64,000 bases of DNA, from assembly GCA_036172245.1 (NCBI GenBank), contig JAYWIR010000014.1, positions 3,782,001 to 3,846,000 on the forward strand, in the 5' to 3' direction. This DNA comes from Raillietiella orientalis (lineage: Eukaryota). Within the stretch, counting starts at the first letter, position 1, and every line of letters starts with the position of its first letter. Under the pieces are notes generated by a model, which saw nothing but the letters and a program-made list of their open reading frames with translations, was not told where the DNA came from and did no database searches. This document shows, piece by piece, positions 38,800 through 51,779 of the stretch. Position numbers and translations under genes: made by a program.

Positions 38800-41123
38800 G
38801 GAACCCGCGACGCATGGTGCCACGCGCGGAAGCCTTAACCACAAAGCCTCCGACGCGGGCAAAGGCCTGTAGGCGCGGAGGCCAATATCCATTGGCAACA
38901 GCGCCTACAGGCTGTATGCCAAATACTTGGCCTCCCGACTCAGAAGATGGATTCTGGAAAATGAAGTCATCGGCACTCAGCAGAAGGGATTTCTGTCCTT
39001 CGATAGAGTGCTGGAGCAAAACTTCATCCTGCAAGCAAGGTTAGATGCTACACGTCGTCTGTCGAAGGACTTCTGCGCGGTCTTCATCGACTTCGCGAAA
39101 GCCTTCGGCACAGTTTCCCACGACGCTATCATGGGAACACTGAAGGAAGCAGGTGCTGGAGACGGCATAAGAAATATTGTCACCGACATATATACAAGGT
39201 TCCTTTGTCCTATGCAAGGTTCCACCTCCTTTCAACTGGAAAATGCTGAAACCAGGACCTTCTCAGTACAGCGCGTAGTGAAGCAGAGATGTCCCTTAAG
39301 CTCACTCCTTTTTACCATATCGATCGAACCGATTCTACGCTCGATGAGGCAAATCTACCGGGACGAGGCAACATTAGTCTATGCCGATGACATCGTCATA
39401 CCGGGGAAGCAGGAAAAGAAAGTCCAGGAAATGATGGCACATTTCCAGAGGTTAGTCGACCAGGCCCGCCATCCATCAACCTGGCAAAATGCGCATTGAT
39501 ATACTACAGCGGCCGAACCCCCAAAGGCATAAGGGATGTGGATATCCAGGTTAAGGAAGGGAAAATCCCTTGTATTGCCTTATCACAGGCATACAAATAC
39601 CTGGGAAAACCCTTTGGTATGAAGGTCATCAACAGACAACCGACTATGGAAGACATCTGCCAGAAGGAGAGTGCCATACTTGAGAGTGAACTCTCAGGAT
39701 GGCAGAAAATGGACGCAATGAAAACCTTCTTCTATCCCAGCCTCGTTCATTACGAGAGGCTGGGAACTCACCGGAAGGAGGAATGGCAGTGTGTCGACGA
39801 GCAAGTAAGAAAGAAGTTAAAGAAGGCTCTTCACCTACCATCCTGGGCAGCTAACGAGTATCTGTACGGAGAGAGAACGAAAGGCTGCCTGGGACTAATG
39901 AAGCTGGCTCAAGAGTCCATTACCTTCATTGTGGACAGCTGCTTCAAACTGCTTATGTCGGCAGACAAAGCAGTAAGCAAAATTGCAAGAACAACCCTGG
40001 ATTGAAATCGTCCAAACACGGATCCAAGAAGCTCCGACAGATGAAAATCTCGGGGAATTCATGACGGGCAAGAAGATCACAAAGCCCGGATGGGATATTG
40101 AAAGCCTCTGGTCGAAAGGCAGGGAGGCCTCTAGAAGAATAGAAGCCCACTGGGAGTTTCGACAAGGAGAACCCAGTATCACGGTGATAGGGCGTGGATA
40201 CTCTTCACCAACAGTGCAAGAAGACGGCTCGCCTCCAGCGTAAGAGCATTGCAGCGAGAACACGCATGGCAATCCCTCATTGAAAACCACGTTAGTCAAG
40301 GGAAGGCCATGCAGTGTGTGGAAGGTCATGCATCACTCTTCAAGCTTCTTCCAGACAAACGGAATCCACCTAAGATACCAAGACTACAGGTTCATCCATG
40401 CGGCAAGACCTTCAGCCACTAAACGCTGGACCAACAAAGAAGGTTTCATGAAAGGATATGTCGTCGTTGCGGAACAGAGGACGAGACTTTATCACACGTG
40501 CTCAACAGATGTAAAAAGCACGTGCCTCTGACGATGCAACGCCATGATTCTATCCTGGAAATTGTCAAGAAGGCCGCAATGGATGAAGCCAATTGGACTC
40601 TGGTATCAAGTAATCGCAGAGTGCCAGGAACCACCTCCACCCTAAAACTAGATCTGGTTTCAGAAAAAAGCGATCGAATAGGTGTGCCGGACATCGCCTG
40701 CCCTTTTGAAAACGGAAAGGAGGCGTTCACCACATCTAGGAAAATAAAGGAGGCCAGATACCATGATGTCGCCATGCAACTCGGAAACACTGGGAAAATA
40801 ACCAAAGTGCAGGCGATCCTTGTCGGCCCACTTGGAGCATGGGATCCTGAAAACGACAACGTTCTACAATACATAGGAATTCCGAAAAAGAAGCTGATAA
40901 GGCTACGACAGCGGATGGTGACCACCTGCGTCCACTTCTCAAGTAGCATCTATGCATCACATGTAAGAAGAAAAAATGCAGCCCAACCAGATGATCTGGA
41001 CAATGCTCTCACCCCGGAAGAGAGCACCGAGGAACCGTGAAGAACGGAGGAAACATCATTCGCGAAGGATTCTCCAGAGTCATTCCAGCAACAGTTTTTG
41101 TATTGATCCAAATGCTAAATAAA
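38800..41123 (+). mobile_element. Decayed non-LTR retrotransposon with RT, CCHC zinc knuckle and restriction-like endonuclease (R2 superfamily, NeSL/Utopia-like)
   Basis: RT motifs RRPISIGNSAYRLYAKYLASRL, QKGF, FIDFAKAFGTVSH, VVKQRCPLS (degenerate GVKQGCPLS), YADD, YKYLG; thumb region SELSGWQKMDAMKTFFYP...LHLPSWAANEYLYG...GCLGL; CRRCGTEDETLSHVLNRC (40459..40512), RHD; REL-like KLDLV...PDIACPFEN...AF...RKIKEARY; VGPLGAW. Split across four or five frames; AATAAA near 41118. 5' boundary uncertain. Confidence 0.9.
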
Positions 41124-43702
41124 GTTTCAGCTCAGTTATTCAGTTTCATCCATGCGACATAGGCGGGTCAGACAACCATTGCGATGAAAGGAAAAGATTG
41201 TTAATTAGGAGTGGCGATTCCAAGAAACGGTTTTCGAAAACTCTTTAAGAGAATAGACAATCAGAAAGACTGGCAAAGTCCCGAAGGTCCACAAACGAAT
41301 TCTACGATCCCTGTGGAGAGTAAAACAAACCCAATTTGGTGAAAACTATTTTTCAGTGACAGCGGATTTGAGTTCACTCTGTTGAGGGTGTTCTCCACAA
41401 GTTCTCAGTCTCTTGTCTGCATTTGCACCTTAAAGCGTTGAACTCGGCAGCATTCATTATCTTTCCACGACTGATATCGACTTGGTTCCGTGTGCCTCAA
41501 CGACGTCTTATTCTGCGTCATACCTGATTTGAATGCCTTGCCAGGGTAAGTCACAAATATAAAGTTTTCAAAAAGATTGTCTCGACAGTTAACCTTCAGT
41601 TTCTCTTCTTCACCTTTGACTGAAAAAAAATTCCATTCCACCAATTAGTACGTCACTTTCTGAAACACCTCAGTCTGCTGGATGGCCTCTACAGAAGTTT
41701 CCTATGACCTTACCTTCAGTTTTACTGCTCCGTGTCTGCTGGAGACTGTCTTTACATCATTCATTGGTTATTATCAACTAGCAGGTATTTCTGGAAAAAA
41801 AAAAAAAAAGTATTTCTGCAGGTCAGTTTTGATGAGGCAAAAACCGCTTCTTCTGGTTTCAACGCTCGAGTCTCGAGAACATTATCCACAGCTTCAAAGC
41901 CGTTCTGAGTCTCCTGAAAATTATTGCCCTCGTCTTTTTGAATAATTATGAAATCGAAACTCTTGTTCATTAACTAAATTGGATTATTGGTGAAGGAAGC
42001 TGCACTCAGCGGCGATGGTGATGAGATGAGCTCCGCTTCGATTGTGCGGCTTCAGCGCTCTAAAGATTCTAATCATCTGTGGTAAACCATGGAAACAGAA
42101 CAGAGCATTGAAAAGAGCAGACGGGAAGTAAAAACACTCTATTTTGATGAGTACATAAGGTTTGCATCTTTACGATCCGATTAAAGAATTACGACTTGTT
42201 TTAATCAAATCACAATATCCTGTTTGCTTAGAAAAGAGGATGAATGTTGATTCTTGTGACCTCTTTAGAGAAAATTGAACCAAAGAAAGATTTTCGTAAG
42301 CTTCACTCGATACTATACTGAAAACGAATAATCCAGTTCATGGAAACACCTGGAATGCTTAGTGGAAGTTTTGCTAATTTCCAGCTTTGGAGAGTATGGA
42401 TGAAACTTGCATTACGGTTGGTTGCTTCCTCCTTGGACCAGTATGAATGCATTTTACTAATATCGACTCAAATAATTTAAAGGGTTAAGTAGTCTGCTGC
42501 TATTTTTAGAACGAAGGTTTTTTTGGTTTTTTTTTAATAAAAATGTTATTTCCTTATGGAAATCAGACAGATTACCAATCGAAAACAGCTTTTGCCTTTG
42601 ATTTTTCAAACCGTTCGATAATGAGTGTTCTATCCAAAGGTTAACTTTGTTCTCAGTTTTGTCAACAGATATGTATATATACATGTATGAATTTACAAAT
42701 GCATGCAATGTTTGTTTGTTTTTCCCTACTTCATGAATTTCGATCACAATGCTTTTCCCAGGGTTATCCATAACTTGGAGTTTAATAGTTCCTTGGTACT
42801 GTAAAATGGATGTAAATAAACAGTCCCTTAAGAGATTGGAAGAACCTTTTTCTGAATTTTGCTCCTGGGAACTTGGTGTTTTGCCAAGATTTCATGGTAG
42901 CAAATTGAGGATCCAGCTTCCCTTATGGATGCATCTTCGAATATTTGATCGGCATGTCATTTGCTACGTAGGGCGCAAAACCATTTGACAATTTTTTCAA
43001 CACGGGCGAACTCCAGAATTGGAGAATTTCGTTGGAACCGGCTGCATTCATAAGTTGAAATCGTAAATTTTCACTAACAGATGTGTTTTGTGCAGAAAGA
43101 AAGAAAAGAGGGAAGGAAGAACTATAATGAACAGAATCATTTTCGAATCAAAATGCCATTCATCGTACTGAAAGAGTTCTTTGTTTTATTTGTGCAACTG
43201 TAGAAGTTAAGTAAGTTTGGGAAAACATGAAATACGAACCCACTCGTGGATATAGGAAATAAAACTATACGTAAAAGCATCATACTCTAGCTTGAGAATA
43301 ATCAAATGCTTCAAGTGCCTTGGAAGTACATTCCATTCCAAGTTCATAGATAAAAGCGAATGCTGACTGTGACTTCCCTTATCCTCACATACGACAACTG
43401 GGTAGGATATTTCCCTCATATTTTCTGAAGAGCAATTAGTGACAGGACTGAGACCCCCGGGAACAAGGACCGTCACATCAACCTGAGATCTCATCTGCTG
43501 GTCACCTTTGAGGATCCTGAAACCTCTTGCTTAGCACGAAAAAACCGATTGTGTAAGGTTTAGGAAAGGAAACGATGCTGCTGTCATCTTTACATCCTTG
43601 TCCAAGATATAAGAATAGCTGCTGCATCTCTGAACAGAAGGCAGCGTATGACCGTGTTCGTTGTGGTTTTAGGTTTCTATCATTTTGTTCATAAAACCCC
43701 CT

Positions 43703-43836
43703 ACGCAACAACAACTTCAACCCATCAATCACCGGCTGCAACACCCCCACTCCCATCTTATTTGGCCCTTCTCGCCACTGCACTCCCCCCAAAAAATTTC
43801 ACGTTCAACCAACGTTGCAAATGCAACACTTAACAA
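43703..43836 (-). pseudogene. ND1: NUMT: nuclear copy of the 5' part of mitochondrial nad1 (ND1)
   Basis: Minus strand reads LLSVAFATLVEREI[frameshift in T run]LGGVQWREGPNKMGVGVLQPVIDGLKLLLR, matching the ND1 motif VAF.TL.ERK.LG..Q.RKGPNK.G..G.LQP..DG.KL. The strongly G+T-skewed coding strand is as expected for an arthropod minority-strand mitochondrial gene. Confidence 0.85.
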
Positions 43837-46800
43837 TTTCGTAAACACTTCAGATCTTCCATGAATCACTTCATTGAGCATTGAGAATTCTGCTGTTTCA
43901 TAAACAACGTTCCAAATCTCCAAAGGAAATTGAAAGCTCGGAAGTGAAAACAAATTTTCAGAATCAGATTTCCACTTTTACAGAAACTGCCACCGAACGT
44001 CTGGCAGGCCTGATCGCGGAAAATGCTTGCCAGGTTGGCACCACGACTCGTGTTGCTCAAGAAAAGTGTTGCTCTATCACGAAGGAACTAAAAGCACCAG
44101 AAATTGATGCTTACTGTTTTGAGTCGCTTAAGTACATTCACAGCAATTTCAGGGGACCCTGGATGCTGTTAACGAAGGATCCCTTGCATCCAGACATCCG
44201 CTGCATGTCTCATGGTCGCAGCTCACCGAGTAGGAATGAACACAAATTGAATTTACATACGGTGATGCAATTACAAAGTTCCACATCACAACGTCGGTAA
44301 CAGGAAATGAGCAAAAAAAAAAACCATTTCCGATTGAAAATTTTGGCGACATTGTGGTTCCTCACGATTAGTACGCAACAGTTTGATAATTGCCATACGA
44401 ATGAACATCATATCTACTTTACACCCGTTTTCTGTAAAAAAAAAAATCTATAAAACGATAAAGGGGGAATATCCCTCCGATCCCAATCATACGATGGAGA
44501 AGCACGCTTGGCACATTCATGCATGAAAAGTTCGTCAACATCCGTATCAAGGATGCTGATCTTCTTTCAAGAACACTGCACTGCCACACGGCAAACACGT
44601 ATTCATCCGATTGGCCTCCAGTCGATGATTTAGCAAGAATTCTAACAAAGTTATGGCACTGCAAACTTGGCAAACGCTCGTTCTGAAGATTTTTCCGATT
44701 TGCTCCAGCATGACCTCTGCCGATCGAAAACCGATATTCCCGAGCTGAACAAAAGAGTAGACCGGGTTAAACAGAATAACAGAATTTAAATAACAGAATT
44801 TTTTCTTTTTTGAAGGTGGAAAAAGAGAAATCTGCGTCTCCATTTTTCTATGGAGAGCAGAACCGTTAAGAACAAGACGCTGGTGACTCAAAGACCACAG
44901 ATGGGCAGACTCGGACCTTAAACCCTATCCCCCCATTCACAGAGGTCCAAATCTCATGAGCACCGCTTTTGGACCCTTTTGCGTTTGCAGCACTCTGCAG
45001 ATCACACTGGTGATGATGACACTGGAAACTTGTGTGTGCACTTTCACACATAACTTGTGTATTAGGCGAGCGCACTCGCTGTTTTGGGTGTACGGGAATT
45101 CTGTAGCAAACGCTCGTAAAAGTGATGTTGGTACAATTAATAAGTGATTTCGAAGAATCATAGTTTTAGCCCATAAATTCGTGAAAAGTGTGTATGGCAC
45201 TCACACGTACACGGATTTGTATAACGCTTGCTTTCATAATAATTTTTCAAAGTGGCTGCCATAGATGTTAAACAATACGGGAACGACACTGAAGGTGTTC
45301 AGCTCTTTCACTGATTAGTAAGCCACATATTGAGCACAAATTCTTCTGAACAGTCATTTTTTTCCGTGTCTTTATACGTGTAAATCATGTTTTCATGCCA
45401 AGACCGTCTGTTCCTCTTTGATGATCGATGACTTTCTTCCTTCTGCGACGCCCTCCTTGTTTCCATACATACAAATTCACAAAATTTTTGGCTCTAGAGA
45501 ATTACCTACGAAAAGAAACACTTGGACGCGACTCCGGTAAAAAAAACAATTGCTTTGGACACAACCAATGCAATTTTCTAAGTGAGGTAGAAAACGCAGC
45601 ACCGTTCCAAGTTGCATGCAAGGAGTGTGATCACCAGCCATCCTCGCCACGGTGTTTTCGAACTTTGCAACTTCCGGTCAAATAGTTTGCGAATGCGGTT
45701 ACTCCTGGCAACGAACCGAAAGACCGAAAAATCGATGTTTGGGCTTATCCCGCAAGCTGCCATTGAGACACCCAAAAGATTTCTGAAAGAAGCTCAGTGA
45801 GGAAGAACACAAAAAGGACCTGCCAAGGAATACCTGCTAAAGCAGAACCAGCCACGATTTTCAGTAAAAACGAAGCAAATGAAACATCTGCATTTGCGGC
45901 TGCGGCACCTGGTTAGTTTGGAGGAGGGGGTGGGGTGGGGGGGATTCTGAAGGAAACAGGGGCGCAAGGGCAGGATGAAGTCAAGAGGCGCTAAAGTGCG
46001 AGACTTGAAAATCAGAGCTGCAAACTATAGCTGACACATCAAACACGAATCCTTGAGACTTTCACTGTGGGAAAACATCCGCTTCAGTTGCAATTTCTTG
46101 TTCATATTCAACTTAACAAAGTCCGAAAGGTCAGCTTGCAAAAGCAAGAGATAGGTATGATGCTCAGCTGCTGTCACAAGTTGAGATTCAGCAAACCAAG
46201 AATCAAGAGGTAGTTGACTCGGATTACGCATTTTTCAAGTTTTTTTTGTTAGAAATGATGCAACTCCTGGGAGTACAATTAATTATTTGCGGAGAAAGGG
46301 GCGTTTATACCACCCATTTGAGAACCAGCAAAATCTCGATACCTCGCGGCACGGGTAAGCTCTCACGAAATAATCAGTTATTTAGCATAGAACGTGCAAG
46401 AGTATATATTAAAAGATTATGTCAGGTTGCCATCTGCACCCAGCTGCCTATATGGGGAATTACGAATCCACCAGTGACCGGGCTTAATGAGGGTTGGGAA
46501 TGGGTTAACGTAGAAATTCCATAAAACTCGCTTCAATTTTAAACAGGGCTCAGGAATTCAAATTGCCTCCAAATGACCGACGTGTAATTTTACCAAATTT
46601 GAAATGTACCTGATATCACATATATTGGGAAACAATATGTGGCCATAAACATAATCAGGATTGGCCTGGTTATTTTCATGGCAATGTATGTAAAAGCACG
46701 GATGTAACATGTAAGATTGGCTAATTCTATTAGGAAGATTGATCAGTTTCATTTTGTGCATTTTTAGTTCTATGAATGGAAAACTATGAAACACTGACCA

Positions 46801-47333
46801 TGAAATACCAGAAATACCAACTCTTGAAAGTTTTTTAACAAGAAAATTCTTTACTTGGAATACATGTTAAAAGAAAAAGGGAATATAACTGTTGTAAAAT
46901 GTGGCATGAGGATACATCCGCCTACATTTGTTTATTGTTTTAAAGCTGAAAGCAATAAATACTACCAAAGAATGATACCTCTGCAAAATTTCACCTCTAA
47001 TTCCGATATAAATGAGCATGCTGAAATGCTGCTTCTGAATCATGACCAGTTGAAGGTGCCTACCTCTCGTTCTCCTTCTTTTATAACTAATTACATTATT
47101 CGCAGGGTGTTCCACAGGCTAAAATAATTAGAATACTGCAAATACTACAGAAGTGTCTAACTGGTTGTACAGTGTTGGAAGCCCTCGGGAAAAATGTGGA
47201 CAATCACTCAAACAGCTCACTTTCTGAAAATGTAAGAATACGATATTATTTCCAACCAAAAATTCAAGTGTCCAAAAATCCTTAGGAAAATGTCAACAAC
47301 AAAAGCAGTCTCTCTGATGATTTTTGGTAACAT

Positions 47334-47339
47334 TTTATT
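47334..47339 (-). promoter_or_regulatory. Candidate polyadenylation signal of the TNF-ligand gene
   Basis: TTTATT on plus (AATAAA on minus), about 100 nt past the stop at 47439. Confidence 0.4.
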
Positions 47340-47438
47340 ATCACCAATGAAATAAAAACTGTTTCCTTATGAAAGACACACAGTAACCTGTCTCAAGTGA
47401 CTAGGTCTCTCAGGTACTGTACCCTATGTACCATCAGT

Positions 47439-48514
47439 CTAATTACTAGACCGATCTCGCACATTTAAAGAACGCATTTTAATCACACCAAAAAAAGACT
47501 GTCCTTGGCTACAAAGAATGCTACTGTTCAATTCCCGTTGCTGCAAATAGACAATCTCTCCTCGCAACAGTGGCCACATAGCTGCTGTAAAGCAAGAATT
47601 CTCACTTCGACCTTGCCCATAAGCAGTAGTAATGCTGCAATGTGCTAATAATTCTCTTTTTTGCCCCATTCCTTGCACAAAAATCTCAAATCCAGTAGGA
47701 GACTTGGAGTTTACATAATACAACTAATGTTGTGTTCACACAAGCTTGAAAATCAATATTTTTTACCTGGGCATACAGTAAATAAATACCATTGGTTTGG
47801 ATTTTCAAGTAGTTGTTTTTCTCCATGTTAAAATGTGATCCTATATTCCAGTCAGATTTCCAGTATGGTACTAGCCCATCTAAAATAAAAATAACCATTT
47901 AAGGGGAAGTACATCAGTTGGTGACATGCACTACTTGCAAATAACTCACCACTTTTGAAAGTAAAGGCTGGAACATCAGGTCTGAATTGAACAGCTGCAA
48001 AACCTGAAAGTTTGGTCCACTGAAGAATAGCATGTTTACATCATGAGTAATTAGATTTATGCAATTTCAAAATATTCTGTAAATTACCTGAACAACTTAA
48101 AAAATGTTGACTTTTTCTACCAGAATTTCTAAATTTATATATCACTGCTAAATTTAAAAACATACCTTTGCTCTTATCTCTCTTGATTCTTTGATGAAGT
48201 GTTTCATTTTTGAATGGCAATTTATCCGTATGATTCATAGATGCACTTTCCGAGACATCACTGTGAACAGCAATTCCTTTCTTTAAATGCACAAGCTCTT
48301 TTTTCAATGCACTTAATTCCACTTGCATAAACTGAATTTGTACTGTTGTAAAGATAACCCACCATGTTATGACAAGAGTGAGCAAAAAGTGGATCATTTT
48401 AATTATGGCTATAAATTTCGATTCAACACCCTTCTGAAGTTCTAAAGAGTTCAAAAATACAACTATTCTTCTGAAATACCAATACTTACTTACCATGTTT
48501 TGGAGAAGTCTCAT
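47439..48514 (-). CDS. TNF superfamily ligand (eiger/EDA-like type II membrane protein)
   Basis: Exons (minus): 48514 or 48397..48166, 48003..47950, 47879..47767, 47723..47439; introns 162, 70, 43 nt, phase-compatible. TM segment IHFLLTLVITWWVIFTTV, coiled stalk, furin site RIKR, TNF homology domain AAVQF...W...YLKIQTNGIYLLYAQ|LYY...NSCFTAAMWPLLRGEIVYL...SFFGVIKM. True start uncertain. Confidence 0.85.
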
Positions 48515-50297
48515 GCTCTGTCAACATAAGTACAAATGTTTTTCCTTAACAATTATTCACAATTGATAATTCTTATTCTCGCATTTTGTACTGGTGTTTT
48601 CTTTTTTTTATTCTGAGTGAATGCAGTCCTCTAAGATGTATTCAAAATAAATTACATCCATTATTCAAAATAGATTGGGTCTTTACAAATCTACAAGGAC
48701 CTGACATGTTACTTACATCAACTTACAAGGAAAAATTACATGAACTGTAAAAAATATAAACAAATGCAAACAAAGTGTGAAATCGGATTCACTTTCGCAG
48801 ATTCACTTGCACACAATCATGCATTCTAACAAGAAAAATTCGATCATCGGCTGAATCTTTCAAATTCAATTGTATTAGAAATTCCATTGCGCTGCCTGTC
48901 GTTCATGAGAACGTAAACATTGAAAACCAGAATTCAAACAAGGAATGAAGAAAGTTGGTTTAATAACCTGTTAACCACAACACGGACACTAACGAGCTAT
49001 GCAATAAACACAGAGCAAGCCATGTCCACAACTCACTTTTAAAACTTCAGTGACTTTACCAGATACCGTTTGAAGCGGGCAACACATTTGACTTTGATCA
49101 ACAAATAAAGGTCTGAGCAAGAAAAAAAAAACCTTTCTTCGTGTGCTACAGGGCGGCCTGGAAACAATTTCCATCCATTTGCGCAGTACTCGAACTTAGC
49201 GCCTTGAGAAACGTCTCGGTGTCCCGATCGCGTCATCTGCGAGAAGCTTCAGGAGAGCCAACAACACCCGGCCAAATCAATCCAGAATATCCTGATGAAC
49301 AACGCCCGGAACCAAGGCCGGTCATCATTTGGTGTTGAGGCAGCTGGCAATCCGTTTCCGATTCTTTTTTTTATGGGGACGAACGGATGTTTGAATGAAT
49401 CGAAACGTTGGCTTGAGATTCCGCTGCTATTCACCATGCTGAAGTGCTCAAGCGCCCGCGCCATCACAGCTAGACTACGGATTTTGTGGTTGGTAATGGC
49501 AGCATCCTTCAGACGAGGACGTGTGAGTTGAGTATCTGCCAGAACGGAAGAAAGAAAAATCTACCTCGCCATTTCACTCTTGCTTGGTATGAGCGAAAGG
49601 AACTTCGGGTTCTGCCCAGAATTGAAGACCTAAGCACCATTCTCCAGTGGTTGCTCTGCTATGGGTCCACTACCGCCGACCACCAGAGCCGATAATGTCG
49701 GAAAAACTGCTCAATGAACTTGGTAGACGCATCCTTGATGAAGTTCTTCTATTCTGCAGCGGTGACGAAAACAGTGAACTTGTTACTCCTTCCGGTCGGT
49801 TGAAACCATCGAATGTAACCCATAATTTGTACCTTAAATTTACTTCCGATTTCGAGGACGCAGCAAATCAAGTCATCAGGGAACTAGGAATTATGGGGAT
49901 CATCTGGATCATCAAAGGACTCATTCCCCGAGAAAACGGCTATCTTGATTTTCGGAGGTTTTTGAGCTTGCCTGCCTCCCCAAGAGCGTTCGAACACCAA
50001 GAGGGCTGAGCACGGGCTCAGCAGAACTTGATGTCTCTGGCACGATGTGGCTCCTTGAAGAACAGTGGCAGAGATGAGAGGCACACAAGAGCTACTGTTC
50101 ACCGTGTTCCTTCCGCACGGTCATGTAGCTTAGGTGTTTCGTGAATGTCTTCCGAAAAAGAAACTTCATGTCCTTTGGTAACTGTCCCTAGAGGACATTC
50201 GGAAGTCGAAGGTACACAACAAGGAGATTCCATCTCCATTCCCCTTTAGGAGTTGCTCTTTAGATGCGTTTAGGAGTAAGTCAAAGGAAGAATCCTC

Positions 50298-50358
50298 TCC
50301 GGAAATCTAGCCACTGTGAAGGTGAGCTCGCTCCCTTCCCAGTGGCTAGATTTCCGGA
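50298..50358. repeat. 61-nt foldback: 19-bp perfect stem plus inner 5-bp stem (pre-miRNA-sized hairpin or tiny MITE relic)
   Basis: TCCGGAAATCTAGCCACTG (50298..50316) and CAGTGGCTAGATTTCCGGA (50340..50358) are exact reverse complements; after one mismatch GAAGG pairs with CCTTC. Confidence 0.85.
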
Positions 50359-51779
50359 ATGCAGAAGGTAATTTCCCCTCGTGTATGTACATGCCTTTGG
50401 ATGGTGCGGCAAGAGAAAACGCGTGCTCGGTGGTCCGAAGATGACATGGTGGACCGGAGACAAACTTGAGGATCGTTGTCACAGAAACTCGAAACAGCTT
50501 GCGGCAAGACGGAAGCAGCTTGGGACTCGCCTCCGCGATGGTGTTGAGAAGAGAGAAATGGTAGCAAGCACATAATGGGGGAAGAGACAGAAGAGAGTGG
50601 ACGCCTTACTCCCTTGGAAACGGGTGGATGCCTCAAGGATGAAAACGCAAATTAAAGAAAGGAAACGTGGGCAAGCACGAGCACGAGTCGCGCAAATTAC
50701 GGCTGATACAATAGAAGTACTACGACTCTGAATCCTTTCGTTGCGAATCAAGGAAGAACGTATACATATTCCGGAGCACAATACCCGCACAATTTCGGGG
50801 TGCCAAGGCTTCCGGGGCGGAAGCAGCGGCATCGGGCTATATTCGCTGAAGAGAGGCTTACAGCGACGACGGCACTTCCTGAGCGGGTGCCGGCAAAAGT
50901 TGTGCAGCCCGCGTCCAGATTGCAGAGCCGGGAGGAACACTTCGGCGCACAAGTGCCTTCGCTGCTAGGTTGTGGTCCACTGGTGCCTCTGCCTGTGGAC
51001 CGTCCGGGACTTTTCGTCCAGGAACTTGAGGATACCGAGAGAAGCGCAGCCTAGGGAAGCAGCAGCGTCTGCTACCGCTTCCAAGGAGTGTTTCCTGTAG
51101 TCCTCTGGCCGGCGGGGAGCGCGAGCCCCTAGGGGGGAAGGTGCGGACATCGGCCATCTCCGCGAAAAGATGTCTCAGTACGGGGATCCAGTGCTCGGGA
51201 GGCGCGGGGGGACCGGAAAGAAAGTGCGACTGGCATGAGAAACGTGGAAAGGACAAGAAAGGGGTGAGTCCCCCTTCTTCGGATGCTGCAAACCTTGTGG
51301 AGATGGGGAAAAAAAATTTGAAACAAAAAAACAAACAAACAGGAACGACACAAAACGGAAGCGAGCGTGTTGCCACAGGGAATCCGTCTCGAACGCGCAA
51401 ACAGCCCGCAGGAAGGGAAAGCGGAGGCGGAAGCGATTAAGCGAGGTAGCGCCACCGCTGTTCGGAGGGCGCGAAGCGAGCGAGCGGAAAAAAAAAAAAA
51501 AAAAGCCCGCGCATTCCAGCCGCATCCGAATTTTCGCGAACCACGCTGCGCACTTGCTTTTATCCTTCATCTAAATACGAACGAGGAGCACGCTGCCACG
51601 GCGACGGCGACGGCCACGACGTACGGTGGTTGTCCACGTTGCGGCGGCGGCTCCCGCGTGCCCGTGAACGAAACGGACGTATCCAAGGGAAAATGGAATC
51701 TTGTCGTCGTAGAAAATTTCGTAGCTCGAGGGAGTTAAGTAACCGTAGGTACGTTCTTGCCGAAAGGGCAGTTTGCGTT

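Noticed and set aside
41100..41160. U2 snRNA or rDNA target sequence at the retroelement 3' junction
   Set aside because: No recognisable match to U2 (GTGTAGTATCTGTTCTT) or 28S target motifs.
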